This document shows positions 1-13,097 of a stretch of 64,000 nucleotides of DNA, one piece after another. The DNA is taken from the NCBI RefSeq assembly GCF_006345805.1, contig NC_043010.1, forward strand, positions 682,001-746,000. Direction: 5' to 3'. The stretch's first letter is position 1; the number at the start of each line of letters is the position of its first letter. The notes under the pieces were generated by a model. It did not search any database. It was not told where the DNA came from and saw only the letters and a list, made by a program, of their open reading frames with translations. Source of the DNA: Octopus sinensis (Eukaryota). The position numbers and the translations under genes are program-made.

Positions 1-319
1 CATGGTGAATATTACGCGGATGGTTATCATCACCTTATCGTGACAATTTCAAAGGATTTAGAAAGAAGAGCCGAGTAGATGATCTCTTTAAACAAATAAA
101 CCAAACACAACAACAACTAAACCGCAGCGAGACTCAAAAGTCCATCACTCCCTCTCTCTCCCTCTTTCCCTCCACCTCTCTTTCTCCCTCTTCCCTCACT
201 CCCTCTCTGCTCCCCCCTCTCTCTCTCATCTTTTACGCACGTCCTCGCTTTCACAGTCTTAGCCTTTGGAAAGGAAGTGAGGAAGAATTATTATTTTGCG
301 TTTGTATTAGTTTGTTTGA

Positions 320-570
320 TGTCAATGTAGTAGTAGCAGTAGTAATGATGGTGGCTCTAGTGGTAGTACTAGCATTAGTAGTGGTGGTAATAGTGCTTGT
401 GGTGGTAGTTGTAGTAGTAGTAGTTGTTAGTGGTGTTGGTAATAGTAGTGGTGGTGATAGCTGTAGCGGTGGTACTGGTAGTAGTAGTAGTAATAGTAGT
501 AGTAACAGTAGTAGTAGTACTGGTTGTGGTGATAGTTATCGTAGTAGTAGTAGTAACAGTAGTAGTAGTT

Positions 571-609
<39 letters not shown>

Positions 610-740
610 ATGGTGGTGGTGGTGATAGTTGTAGAATTAGTAGTAATGGTTCTGCTGCTGCTGTTACTACAACAACAACAACTACTACTACTACTACTAC
701 TACTACAGTAGTAGTGGTAGTAGTAGTAGCTGTTGCTGTG
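320..740. repeat. (GTA/GGT/CTA)n trinucleotide low-complexity tract
   Basis: Direct tandem repeats; source of the poly-V/S/T ORFs at 312-857. Confidence 0.9.
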
Positions 741-2164
741 GTTTTTTCCCCTCTTTTTTCCTCCAATTTCGTTCCTTTATCTTTTTCTTCTTTCTTTTCC
801 CCCTTCCTTTCTTTTGCTTTCTACAAAGGTTTAAGATTAGCTGAGAAAATGGCTTGAAACATCTTGGTTTTTCCTTTATTTGTTCCTGTTGTTCCTGCTG
901 TTGTCGTTGGCGGTGGTGGTGGTGTCGACGTTGTCCTTGTTTATTGCTTTCGTGTCCCCTTTCCAGCCGCCAACACCTTACCCACTATTTTACCATTTCA
1001 TATGCGTGCACGCGCACATGCCTACATTTGTGTGTATATATTTCTTTGCTGTGTCTCTGTAACTCCATGTCTGCATGCGTATCAGTATGTATGTATGTAT
1101 GTATGTATGTATGTATGTATGTATGTATGTATGTATGTGTGTATGCATGTATGTATGTATGTAAGATGTCTGTCTGACTGTATATATATATATATGTGTG
1201 TGTACATGTGTGCATGCATGTATGTATGCTTATATGTAAGTTTACCTGTCTGTCTGTCTGTCTGTTTGTATGCATGTATTTGCATGCGCGTCTGTGCATG
1301 TGTATACATGTGCATTTCTATTAGCGTGTGCGTATTACTATCTGTATATAAGCGTCTGTATCTCTATGTATGTATTTGTGTGTGCAAATGTGTCTGCATA
1401 TGTGTATATGTTTGCGTGTGGACGTATGTGTGTGTATTTGCACGTGTAGTGTCTCAGTGTTTGTATTTGCATGTTTCTACGTGTGCATCGTGTGTATAAC
1501 TGTGACTGCATATATGTGTACGTGTATATATATGTGTGTGTGTATGTGTGAGTGTGTGTCTGTATCTTTATGTATGAATGTATGCATTTGTGTGTGTAAA
1601 TGTGTCTTCGTGTATGTGTATGTACGTGTGTATTTGCATGTGCATGTGTCTCGGCTTTTGTATCTGCATATTTCTATGCATTATGTGCAATGATATGACT
1701 GCGTATGTGCATGTATGGTTGAATGTATGCAAGAGTGTGTGCGTGTGATGGAAAGAGAAAGAGAGAGAGAGAATGTGTGTGTATGTGTGTGTGTGTGTGT
1801 CTTTAAGTGTATGTGTATACGTGTTCGTGTGCGCATGTGTGATGTGCGTGAGGTGAAAGACGATCAGAAATACTTGTTTGCTGAAGCGGAAACTATCAAA
1901 GACTAGCAGCTATAGTTGAGTGGTTTATCGAAGAATAGGTCTTAAGTAGTGAGTGGCATTGGTAATTCTTTTAGAAGAAAAGGTGGGAAGATGAGAAGAT
2001 TAGTGCGAAGAATAAAACATGGTTTTAGAAGTGATTCAGCTCTCAGAGCTAATGATGGGGTTGGAAATGAAGAAAGAAGGGTGGATGGTGACCAAAGGGA
2101 ATATTTTTCGCGACGACCCTCGACACATTCTTTTCTTGTGGTAATGTGTCCTAAGTTAAGACAA

Positions 2165-2505
2165 CGGAACAACATGGCTGATTGCATAAGGTTAACTTAG
2201 AATACAGAGTTCAAATTTTCCAATGAATATAGTTTTCTCGAAGTACTGAAGCTGTCTTACTCTAAAAGAAGATGCGTGGTCTAGTGGCTATGGTGTTGTG
2301 ATCACGATCGTAAAAGCGTGGTTTCGATTCCGTGTTGTTCAACAGAACATGGATGATTGCATAAGATTAATCTAGAATACAGAATTCAAATTTCCCATTA
2401 AATATAGTTTTCTAGAAACACTGAAGATGTCTTGCTCTAGATGAAGGAGCGTGGCCTAGTGGTTAAGCTGTTACGCTCATGATCGTAAATTTGCGGTTTC
2501 GATTC
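2165..2505 (+). repeat. Old tandem duplication (~175-bp unit), each unit ending in a tRNA-derived SINE head
   Basis: aacatggctgattgcataagg...ggtttcgattcc at ~2170-2330 recurs diverged at ~2345-2505. Confidence 0.7.
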
Positions 2506-2577
2506 CCGGACCGGACCGGACTGGATGTCACGTTGTGTTCTTGAGCAAAAGACTTCATTTCATGTTACTCTGCAATG
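2446..2577 (+). mobile_element. tRNA-derived SINE 5' part
   Basis: A box (tggcctagtgg) and B box (ggtttcgattcc), then gttgtgttcttgagcaaaagacttcatttc. Confidence 0.7.
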
Positions 2578-2620
2578 ACGTCATGTTTCTAAATCAATAG
2601 CCTTCATCAGAACGACCATT
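2566..2620 (-). ncRNA. Degenerate hammerhead-like motif
   Basis: Minus strand CTGATGA-AGGCTATTGATTTA-GAAAC-ATGAC-GTC. Helices I and II pair poorly. Confidence 0.3.
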
Positions 2621-2926
2621 GTTCGACCTGATCTCCAGTAGACAAAGGACTTAGATTAATAAAAAAAAAACATATTAGAAACCAGGTATGGTCCAGGCAA
2701 TTTGCATAATTTCAACAAAAATTAGTTAAGAGAAATAACTCAAAGTGGCCAGTGGCATATATTTAAATTATTCAGACAAATAACTGAAATAGCGGCACAG
2801 TAAATACCATACAACATCTTGATTTATTAAAATCATATCCGTCTCTTGAGGATAAATCATATTTTACAAATGGTAGTTGTGAAGAGCTCTAATTGAGAGG
2901 GGGAGATAATCTCAAGATTCAAGAAT

Positions 2927-2971
<45 letters not shown>

Positions 2972-3116
2972 AACACACACATGTACATATGTATCTATAT
3001 GTCATATACGTTCTCATACACATATATATGTGTGTGAGCATGCATGTGTGTGTGTGTGTGTGTTTGTATGTGTATCATTAATTATGCATGTACGAGTGTG
3101 ACTATATATATATATG

Positions 3117-3700
3117 CAGTGGCGGCTCTTGTATAGGAACTGCAGAACTGCAGAACCCCCTATTTCCACTCGATATTATCGGCAACATTCAATATAATGA
3201 GTCCTTTTTTCGCTAATTCCTTCTTTGTATTTGTACATTATATAATCCTTAAGCTAAATGTCAGTAGCCATCCCCTAGTTTATGAAAAAAATACAAAAAT
3301 CCTTGAATAAAACTGTGCGCTTCACAGTTCTAGCGACGAGGTGTTTGACTGTTGTGCGCATGCGCACATGTCCGAGATAGGAAGCTTCACGCTTGGGAGA
3401 GAGAGAGAGTACTGCGTGAACGATAGCGCCGGGTGAAAGGTAGTGTTTCTCTTTGACTCTGCGTGTGTTGTGCTTAAAAACATGTTTATATTATTGAATG
3501 TGATAAAGTGTAGAATTAGATTATTATCCTGTTTCCAGCATCAGTGTTGCTGTCAGGGCACGTCTCACTCCCTTATTTTGTGATTTAGGAGGGATTTTTG
3601 AAAAACAAGGGGGAATTCACGGCGGTGTTCAATGAACAAAGTAGGCACACTACCCGGTAGTGGCTAAAAAGTGAACCGATCAAGTTTATGAAATTTTCTT
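3117..3700 (+). mobile_element. Probable hAT-type DNA transposon 5' end (non-coding)
   Basis: Starts CAGTGGCGGCTC, a typical hAT terminus. No matching 3' TIR found. Confidence 0.45.
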
Positions 3701-3886
3701 TTTATACGTAAAAGGATGTTCCAACGTGGCCGTTGCCAGCCTCACCTGGCACCTTTTACACAATATTAAAACAACGGCTAAAAATTTTCTGAAGCAGCAC
3801 CCACCACTAATCTTATCTACGATCCATCACTGTATATATGTGTACATGTTTGTATATATGTATTGTATATATTCAGCGACACTCTC

Positions 3887-3970
<84 letters not shown>

Positions 3971-3985
3971 AGTGTGTGTGTGTGT

Positions 3986-4023
<38 letters not shown>

Positions 4024-4642
4024 GCACACAAAATTTGTATATTTACTTATTGAGTGACATAACAAAGAAGCTATGTGGAAAATATGAATTACCCATGTGA
4101 CATTGTAATCATTTTTATAATTTGTATCCAGAGAAATACTATTATCACTAGTTATACAAATCCACAACTCTTCTATCAGTAACTAGTTTGATTAATACCA
4201 ACGCACAAAACTCTCGGCCCTTGAGTCAATCTGTTGCTTCTACTCAAAGTAAATATAAATATATCTTTATATATAAATGCAAACATATGGACATGTTTCT
4301 TTTGGCAACTTTGAGAACATTACCCTCTCCGGAGTCAGCAGCTGTATCGCAGACTTTAGACACCTTCCGTACATTCTATATCAACTAGCTTCATAACTTT
4401 ACGGTCAAAGAGGCGTGCTTTTTTTCTCACCTTTTCTTTTACTCTTCCACTTTTTGCATCCATCTCCCTCTCCTTTTTTTCTCGTGACTTTTCTTGTTCA
4501 ATTGTCCTGATTTGTAACTTGTACAGGTCATGTACTCAGAGCCCGAAAATTGCTTGGCGACACTAGGGTGGTATTAAAAATCGCTTAGAAAATATCTCCG
4601 CTATATGAAATTATTAGTAGCTCGTGACTATATATAATGCAA

Positions 4643-4830
4643 ATTGTTTCAGTCATTTGATTTCAGCCATGCTGGAGTACCGCCTTCAGTCGAACAGATC
4701 GACCCCAGGACTTATTCTTTGTAAGCCTAGTAGTTGTTCTATCAGTCTCTTTTGCCGAACCGCTAATTTAAGGGGACGTAAACACACCATCATCGGTGTC
4801 AAGCGATAGTGGGAGACAAACACATAAATA
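4643..4830 (-). mobile_element. SINE family A, 3' half
   Basis: Reverse complement of the family A tail (gcggtgctccagcatggcc...gactgaaacaag). Confidence 0.85.
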
Positions 4831-4920
4831 CATACACACGTACACACACACACCACACACATATACATATGCATGTATATATACATACATACATATATAA
4901 ATACATATGTATATATATAT

Positions 4921-4999
4921 GTACAGTCCTACTGCGTTGCACCTCGGGCAGGTGTCTTCTACTATAACCTCGGTAGACGGAAACTGAAAGAAGCCCGTC

Positions 5000-5038
<39 letters not shown>

Positions 5039-5425
5039 TATATATATTCATATGGCTGAGTTGTTTAAGATGCTCGATTTGCAACCACCTGGTTTCGTGT
5101 TCACTTCCAACGAGCCACACCTTGAGCAAGTGTCTTCTGCTGCAGCCTACGGTTGACCAATACCTTGTAAGAGTCTTTGGTAACAAACATACACACGCAT
5201 GTGTATGTATGTGTGCTTATTTTTAACTCCAATCAACCACTTGACAACCGGTGTTGGTTTGTTTACGTTCATGTATCTTAACGGTCCAACAAAAACAGTG
5301 ATAGAACGTACAAGACTTTTAAAGGAAAACAAAAATGAACAAAATTAGTGCTGGAGTCGATTTCTTCAACAAAATCCACCAAGGGAGTGTTCCAGCATGG
5401 CCGCAATTCAATGACTAAACTAAGT
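4921..5425 (+). mobile_element. Two adjacent degenerate SINE family A copies
   Basis: gtagacggaaactgaaagaagcccgtcg core, a second head at ~5050 and a tail ending ccagcatggccgcaattcaatgactaaac. Confidence 0.75.
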
Positions 5426-5769
5426 TATAAAAAATATAAAAGAAATATATACATGCATGTGGTTGTGCAGGTAGGTGTGCACATATTACAAGTATTAAAT
5501 GATCACGAGTGAAGGTGTCTTCGCATCGTGGCCACAAATAGTTACCAAAAAAGAAGAAAAAAATAACGAACAGAGAAAAATGATGCTTTAATAATATTCT
5601 TCTATTTAGAATTCTCCAGAATTTAGCATTCTGGTTACTTAGTATTCAAGCCACGACGTAGTTCTAACACTCTAATGGCATTGGAGAAAACCAGTCAGCC
5701 GATTCCATCCACTCGGTGACAAACAGTCAAAGCTACTTTAGAGGAAACTTAGCTACAGACAGTTCTTCG

Positions 5770-5839
<70 letters not shown>

Positions 5840-6059
5840 TAATAATAAAGTTGACAATGATGATGATGATGATGATGATGATGATAATCTGTGCTAGCAG
5901 TGTTCTTGCTTTTATAAATCCGTAGATCAGGTCACTTAACTAAATATTGTCCAGTGACCTAACTAACTGACCTGTGATGTGGTTACTATACCACGTGACA
6001 CGAGGTGAGTGTATGAAGACGATGACGTGATGACTGCTGCGTCTGAGAATTGTTAATTC

Positions 6060-6680
6060 TGAGATGGGGGATAATGTTGTTGCTTGGTTGTATAGGGGTG
6101 TTGTGAAGAGGTGTTGGTTTGTTGTGAGGTTTATGTGCTAGTATTGTGTTGTGCTGGAGTTGCAGTGATATAGAGGAGTGTTGGTGTATTGTGTGGGCGT
6201 GTGGGTACGTTGTGCTGGTGATATTGATGCGTTGTGTAATGGTGGTGTTGTGTCGTGGTATCGTGTTTTAGCATTGATGTGTTGTGTCGTAATGTATTAT
6301 GTTGTGGCGTTGATGTGTTGTGAGGTGGTGTTGATTTGCTGTAGCGCTTATGTGTTAGTGTGTTGTGATGTTGATTAGTGGTGTTGGCGTGTTGTGAGGT
6401 GGTGTTGTGTTGATGTGTTGTGAGATGGTGTTGTGCGATATTGTAGTGTTGTGTTGTGTTGTGGCGCTGAGGTGTTGTGCGACGATGTTGCTTTGTTGTG
6501 GCGTTGTTTTGAGGTGTTGTGTTGTGGCATTGTTGTGTTGTATTGTGACGCTGTTTTGTGGTGTTGCGTTGTGTGTTGGTATTGTGTTGTAGTGTTGTGT
6601 GATGTTGCAGTGTTGATGTGTTGTGCTGTGCTGTTGTTATACTGTCTAATGATGTTGGTATTAGCATTTTATGTGGCATG
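6060..6680. repeat. Degenerate (TGTTG)n pentamer satellite
   Basis: About 600 bp dominated by tgttg/tgtgg/tgatg units. Confidence 0.85.
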
Positions 6681-7105
6681 GCTGTTCTTAAAGAAATATA
6701 AATAGGAGATAATAACACAAAGATAAATGACCTGAAATACTTCTAATATAGGCCAAACAGTTTTCTTACTCTGGTTTGCTCTCTTTTCTATTCGTCTAAG
6801 TCGTTTGACAACAATTATTATTCTGACAGAGGCTATTGACTCAGGAACACAGGTCCACGACTGTCCCCTTATCGCTAGACAACTATTCTGTCCCTTTCTT
6901 TCATAGTATATCAATTATTGAAAATTTTTATATGTTAAGAGTATCTCCCCTTCTCAAAACGGGGTTGTCATAATTGCTATTCTGTAATTATGATAGATCC
7001 TCTGGAGACTGAGATAATTTTAATGAAACGAGAAGCTGTACTTCTCTCCATCTCTCTCCACCCCTCTCCCTTTCTTTACATATACGTACATACATACATG
7101 CATAC

Positions 7106-7137
<32 letters not shown>

Positions 7138-7186
7138 TTATGTATGTATGTATGTATGTATGTATGTATGTATGTATGTATGTATG

Positions 7187-7223
<37 letters not shown>

Positions 7224-7244
7224 TTATGTTTCTCTTCTATGTGT

Positions 7245-7303
7245 ATTCTACTGACGAGGCAAAGCATTACCAACTGCAAAGACAGAAATCCGGGATCTAG
7301 AAT
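7245..7303 (+). ncRNA. Type I hammerhead ribozyme motif
   Basis: ATTCTA / CTGACGA / helix II region 7258-7284 / GAA / ATCC-G-GGAT / C / TAGAAT. Helix I has 6 bp and the triplet is AUC. Confidence 0.7.
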
Positions 7304-7461
7304 TATCCAGTAATTTTTTACTAGTTTCATCTTGTTTCTTTGTTTTCTCTCCGTGTTGATATATGAACAATTAAGGTGGTTTTAGAATCAGATCGTTGCT
7401 GCTATTTTCAGCATGGTGGTATCTCGTAGATACCCTAATTTATAATTTTAATATATATAAA

Positions 7462-7716
7462 TTAGAAGCTGGGATCAGCAAGCGTAGATTGGTATATTTC
7501 GGTCATATTATGCGGAGAGAATACCTGGAGAAGGACATCATGCTCGGAATGGTCAGTGGCAAGAGAGGAAGAGGCCGACCAAGAACCCGCTGGCTTGACA
7601 CCATCAGGAGTGATATCGGAATGGACATGGCCAATCTGAAGGAAGCGGCCCAGGATAAAACTGACTGGCGGACACTGATCCAATGAGTGACCGAGAGTCG
7701 ACTTCGACTGAGCGGA
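7462..7716 (+). mobile_element. RTE-clade LINE 3' end (RT C-terminus)
   Basis: RRLVYFGHIMRREYLEKDIMLGMVSGKRGRGRPRTRWLD matches the RTE/BovB C-terminal motif; ends at (TA)n. Confidence 0.9.
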
Positions 7717-8008
7717 TATATATATATATATATTATCAGTTTACTAAATAAATAAATAAGTTAACATAATATAATGTCTAAAAGTTGATGAACCACCTAT
7801 TGACCACCCCCCCGCCACTATTTTGTTATTGCTATAAAAATTAATGGTAAAATATCTCTTTACCTTCACCCATTTAGTACACTCGATAATGTAATTGCAA
7901 TGCAATAAAAAGCACTTGTGTATTAATAATTGGGTATTCTACCAGCAGTATATTGGATAGATATTATCCCTTAGTGGGTTGGATTCACAACCTCTAACTT
8001 TCTTGGAG

Positions 8009-8046
<38 letters not shown>

Positions 8047-8084
8047 TTATTTATTTATTTATATATATATATATTATATAGTGA

Positions 8085-8280
8085 ACCCAAACAAAGAAGA
8101 AGAAACAAGAGAAAACAATAACGCGAGGATGTGGTTCAAATACTGTATTATCAGACGCTCAGTAAAGGAAGGAAAGAGGATTTAACGTTTCGAGCCTTGC
8201 TCTTCTTCAGAAATAGAGGCAAGTCCAAAGGAAGGGAAGACGGAGGAAGAAAATCGCCAACGATACACACGCGGTTACAT
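8085..8280 (-). mobile_element. (TA)n-flanked Penelope-type pseudo-LTR cassette, homologous to 53925-54140
   Basis: Shares aacgcgagga, gacgctcag, gtttcgagc and aatcgccaacg blocks with the second copy; contains a hammerhead motif. Confidence 0.65.
8180..8214 (-). ncRNA. Minimal type I hammerhead motif
   Basis: Minus strand ATTT / CTGAAGA / A GAGC-AAG-GCTC / GAA / ACGT / T / AAAT. Confidence 0.65.
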
Positions 8281-8291
8281 TTTGAATATAT

Positions 8292-8370
8292 ATATATAGA
8301 AAATAGTAAAAAGTGAAAAAACTACAGAAGCCTTCTGTAGTTTTTTCACTTTTTACTATTTTCTATATAT
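8292..8370. repeat. Perfect palindrome, 39-bp arms, 1-nt spacer
   Basis: 8292-8330 is the exact reverse complement of 8332-8370. Confidence 0.95.
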
Positions 8371-8418
8371 TCAACCACGTGCTTTCACACACCGACTTTC
8401 TCACCTATATATATATAT

Positions 8419-8720
8419 CATCATCATCATCATCATCATCATTCTTTAACGTCCGTTTTCCATGCTAGCATGGGTTGGACAGTTCGACCGGGGTGTGGGA
8501 AGCCAGGAGGCTGCACCAGGCACCAGTCTGATCTGGCAGTGTTTCTACAGCTGGATGCCCTTCCTAATGCCAACCACTCCGTGAGTGTAGTGGGTGCTTT
8601 TTACGTGCCACCGGCACAGGTGCCAGGTGAGGCTGGCAACGGCCACGTTCGGTTGCTGCTTTTTACGTGCCACCGGCACGGAGGCCAGTCGAAGCGGCGC
8701 TGGCAAAGGCCACGTTCGGA
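8419..8720 (-). mobile_element. SINE-like element with RTE-type (ATG)n tail and internal tandem repeat
   Basis: Minus 3' end catggaaaacggacgttaaagaatgatgatg; two ttttacgtgccaccggcac units; related fragment at 3712-3756. Confidence 0.7.
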
Positions 8721-9220
8721 TATATATTATATATATATATATATATATATGAACACGTGAGCACTCCACTCATATATCTCGTACATTTCATATATTTCCT
8801 ATACATTCTCATTAGATAATACGGCATCTATAAAAGCAATAACACTTAACAACGTGTATATATGTCTAATGAATTGTATAATTCAGCTATTTATCATTTC
8901 CAATTAGTAATTTATACCAGAAACGTCAACAATAACACAAAATCTCAGAGAAATGAATATTCCGTTGCCTTTAATTCAGTTTTCCTTCCTCTTTTACCAA
9001 TCTTCTTTCTTTTTTTCTTTCCTTCTTTCCTTCATTCTTTCTCACATTTTCCTCGTCTTTCAGTCCTATTGTTTATTTCTACATTCGTAAGTTCATAATT
9101 TGTCTTTACTTGGTTATATTTATCCGTCTACACGTTTGTATGTGTACAACACGCACACGCATATAAAATATATGTATATATTATATGTATACGTGAATAT
9201 ATGTGTATATATATATATAT

Positions 9221-9273
<53 letters not shown>

Positions 9274-9383
9274 TATATATATATATATATATATAGATAG
9301 ATAGATGATAGATATGGGTAAGTCCAGAACTATGCGAAGTAAATGCAAAGCAAATCACAAGAAAACAATTATCTGAATTAATG

Positions 9384-9558
9384 TAGAGAAAGTTGTGGCG
9401 AAAGAGTCAGCAGAAGTTCGCCATTACCTTCTGCCGGAGCCACGTGGAGCTTAGGTGTTTTCGCTCATAAACACACACATCGCTCGGTCTGAGATTCGAA
9501 CCCACGATCCCCCAACCGCGAGTTCGCTGCTCTAACCACTGGGCCATGAGCCTCCACA
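9384..9558 (-). mobile_element. SINE family B (tRNA-derived head)
   Basis: Reverse complement of tgtggaggc..atggcccagtggttagagcagcg...ggttcgaatctcagaccg. Confidence 0.85.
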
Positions 9559-9684
9559 CAACAAAGACATACTGAGGCGTACAATAATATTCTTATATAT
9601 ACCCACGTGTACACATTTAGAAATTTATATATCTTTATCTAAAAACTGTGTTAAATTCTTAGTTCTCCCACTTTATAATATTTC

Positions 9685-9849
9685 ACGCATGGCTGTGGGG
9701 TAAGAAGCTTGCTTCCCAGCCATTAGGGTCCGGGTTCAGTCTCACTGCGTGGTAACTTGGGTAACAGTCTATTACTATAGCCTTGCGCCGAATGAGGCCT
9801 TGTGAGTGAATTTGGTAGACGGAAATTGAAAGAAGCCCGTCGTATATAT

Positions 9850-9903
<54 letters not shown>

Positions 9904-10128
9904 ATGTGCGTGTATGTTTGTGTGTCTGTGTTTGTCCCTCCAACATCGCTTGACAGCCGATGCTGGTGTGTTTACGTCCCCGTCACTTAGCGGTTCGGCA
10001 AAAGAGACCGATAGAATAAGTACCGGGCTTACAAAGAATAAGTCCTGGGGTGGATTTGCTCGACTAAAGGCGGTGCTCCAGCATGGCCACAGTCAAATGA
10101 CTGAAACAAGTAAAAGAGTAAAAAGAGT
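9685..10128 (+). mobile_element. Full-length SINE family A with internal (TA)/(TG) tract
   Basis: tRNA-like head, gtagacggaaa core, microsatellite, tail ending (taaaagag)n. Confidence 0.9.
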
Positions 10129-10216
10129 TACCCGGTGTTTCAATATTTCTTGGTTAGCACGCATTCTTCAGGAAATTTACGGAGAGAAGGTGTTGATAGC
10201 TGATTTCTCTGCTCTG

Positions 10217-10255
<39 letters not shown>

Positions 10256-10809
10256 CACTCATATATACACATATTAACATTCGTGTATATATACATAAAT
10301 GTATGTACACACATATATATATATTAAAATATTTGTACACAAATACATGAAGTACATAAACATATATACATTTATAACATAGGTTTATGGCTGTGTAAAT
10401 GTATACTTATGCTAAACTTCAAACGTGTTCAATGTATATATATTTGCTTGTTTGTCTTAAGTTTGTCAACAGATCTAATGAATGATCTCACATAGATTCC
10501 AATTAACTTATACCGGATTAACAATTAATCTCCAGAGAAATGACTCCATACACCACGCAAAAAAATATGGAGGAAATGGATAAATTAAAAAAAGTCAAAA
10601 CAAGAATAAAAAAATATATATATATATACATATATAAGTGTGTAGGTATTTGTGTGTGTGTGTGTGTGTTTGTGAGTGTGTGTGGTTGTGTGCGTGCGTG
10701 TGTAAAAGCTTATCTGTGTGAGTATATATACATACACACACACTTTATATTTGGTATTCGAATACTATTTTTTTTACACCATCTTGCTTTGCACCTCTAT
10801 GCTTACTTG

Positions 10810-10876
<67 letters not shown>

Positions 10877-11008
10877 CTCATTATATATCATTATATAAAT
10901 GTGATTACGTGATTTGTTTTATTTGTTTCCTTTTTCAATATTTTTCGTCTGATTATTGAATTTCAATTACACAAATTATTGTTCTTATTTTTGCTGCTGC
11001 TGCTGCTG

Positions 11009-11054
<46 letters not shown>

Positions 11055-11395
11055 ACTACTACTACCACTACAGTGTTTTTTAATATGCGTTTTATTTGTA
11101 ATCCAATATGAATAATGGAAGTTTCCAGACTAAAGCTTCAACTATACGAATGAATTGTATATGTATTAACATACGTACATGCGTTCATGCATACATACAT
11201 ACATATATACATACATGCTCACATACATACATACGTGCAGATATGCATACATACGTATATACCTGCATACCTACCTACTTACCTATCTACATACATATAT
11301 ATTTGCATACATACATGCATGCATACATACATACATACATACATACATATGTACATACATGATACATTTACCTCCCCCCACCACATAGTATGTGG

Positions 11396-11431
<36 letters not shown>

Positions 11432-12357
11432 AACGGTCTTTAAAAGAAAAACGAATAAAAATATAGAAGTAAATAAAACCAAAGAGAAAATATTGAAATT
11501 ACTTGAAAAGAAAATATACAAATAATGAATTAATAGAAAAAGTTAAAAAAAAACAAAAGTAATGCCGGATCCGTATTAATTGAAAATTCCTGAGAGAGAG
11601 GGGGGTGAGGGGGGAGACAGAGGGAAAGAGAGAGAGAAATTAAGGTAATTATAGCATTAAATAAATGCATGGTATTAAGAATATGATGGTAAACTTTAAA
11701 CTAGTGTTTGAAGAAAATAGGGTCAGATGAGGATAGGGAGGTAAAAATATACAATGATTAAGAAACAGGATCCCCGATTCATTGGGAAAAAATATTTACA
11801 AGGTGAAGAATAGTTTGATGAAATAAATTCCCCGTTGGAAATTAGATGAATTAATCATTTTTTGGAGGTGTGTGACGGTGGGTGATGGGGGGGGGGGGGG
11901 TGAGTGGTGGTAAAATAATGAAGAATGAAACAGAAGTTGGAAGAAGATTTTTACGAATAATAATGGAATAATAATTGCTAAAAAAAAGACTTGAAATGAT
12001 GATGATGATGATGATGATTGTGGTGGTGGTGTCAGTGACGGTGATGCTGTTGTTGTTGGTAGTGGTGGTGGTGGTGGTGGTGGTGGTAGTGTTTGTGGCG
12101 ATTGTGATGATGACGATGACGATGATGATGATGATAAAGATGTTGATGATAGCAACAGTCATAATGCTGTTGATGGTGGTGGTGGTGGTGGTGGTTGTGG
12201 TGGTGGTGATGGTGGTGGTGGTGGTGGTGGTGTTTGTGATGATGATAATGATGACAACGACCACGACGACGATGTTGATGGTGATGATGGCAGCGGTCTT
12301 GGCGTTATAGGTGGTGGTGGTGGTGGTGGTAGTGATGATGTTAACAATGGTAGTATC

Positions 12358-13024
12358 ATCTGGAAGAAATTATGGCCAGAAGCGGTTCACGACTATAAAG
12401 GATTCTCTCCTGATGAAATCCCCCACTCTGTAGTGGATAAGGCAACGAAGCTAGCAAGATTGCTCGGAGATGGCTTCACCGATGTGACTACCGAAGACGT
12501 TAATAACTTGATCGAGGCCCACTCAGATCCGTTAACGGATGAAGATCTGACAGAGATGATGAAGACAGCAGGTGAAAAAGTTGAAAAACAAGAGTATTCA
12601 GGGTAAGATGAAGAGTAGGCCTATCACTAGAATGTCTCCCGGCTCTAGCAAAAACGGCAAAAGAACTTCAGAGAATGGCGGAAGATAGGGACCCTCTGAT
12701 GATTCGTGCATTTCAGTTGAAAAATGTAATCGACGGAGCCTTGGATGTTTATAAAAACCTCCTTACACAGAAGAAAAGGAATACTAGCAATTGCCCATCG
12801 CTATGTTCCTCACCCGCAAAAAATGGAAGACACGGGTACTCCTAAGAGTGTGAGGAGAGTATATAACAGCTTAAATATGAAAAAAATGATAAAATAGATA
12901 CATACGAATTATAAAAATAATTAAAAATATATACAGTACACTAGTGTTTCTACTTCGCGGATTTTCACCTATCGCGGGGGTGGGGGGTGGAACGTAGCAC
13001 AAGCGATAGCCGAAGGGTTAATGT
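12358..13024 (+). mobile_element. Tigger/pogo-family DNA transposon 3' end
   Basis: Translates WKKLWPEAVHDYKGFSPDEI...LIEAHSDPLTDEDL; terminal block ctacttcgcggattttcacctatcgcggg. Confidence 0.8.
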
Positions 13025-13055
13025 ATATAATATAATATAAAATATAATGTAACAT

Positions 13056-13097
<42 letters not shown>

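Noticed and set aside
12408-12720. CTGATGA at ~12410 and ~12697
   Set aside because: Inside Tigger coding sequence, with no helix I or III.
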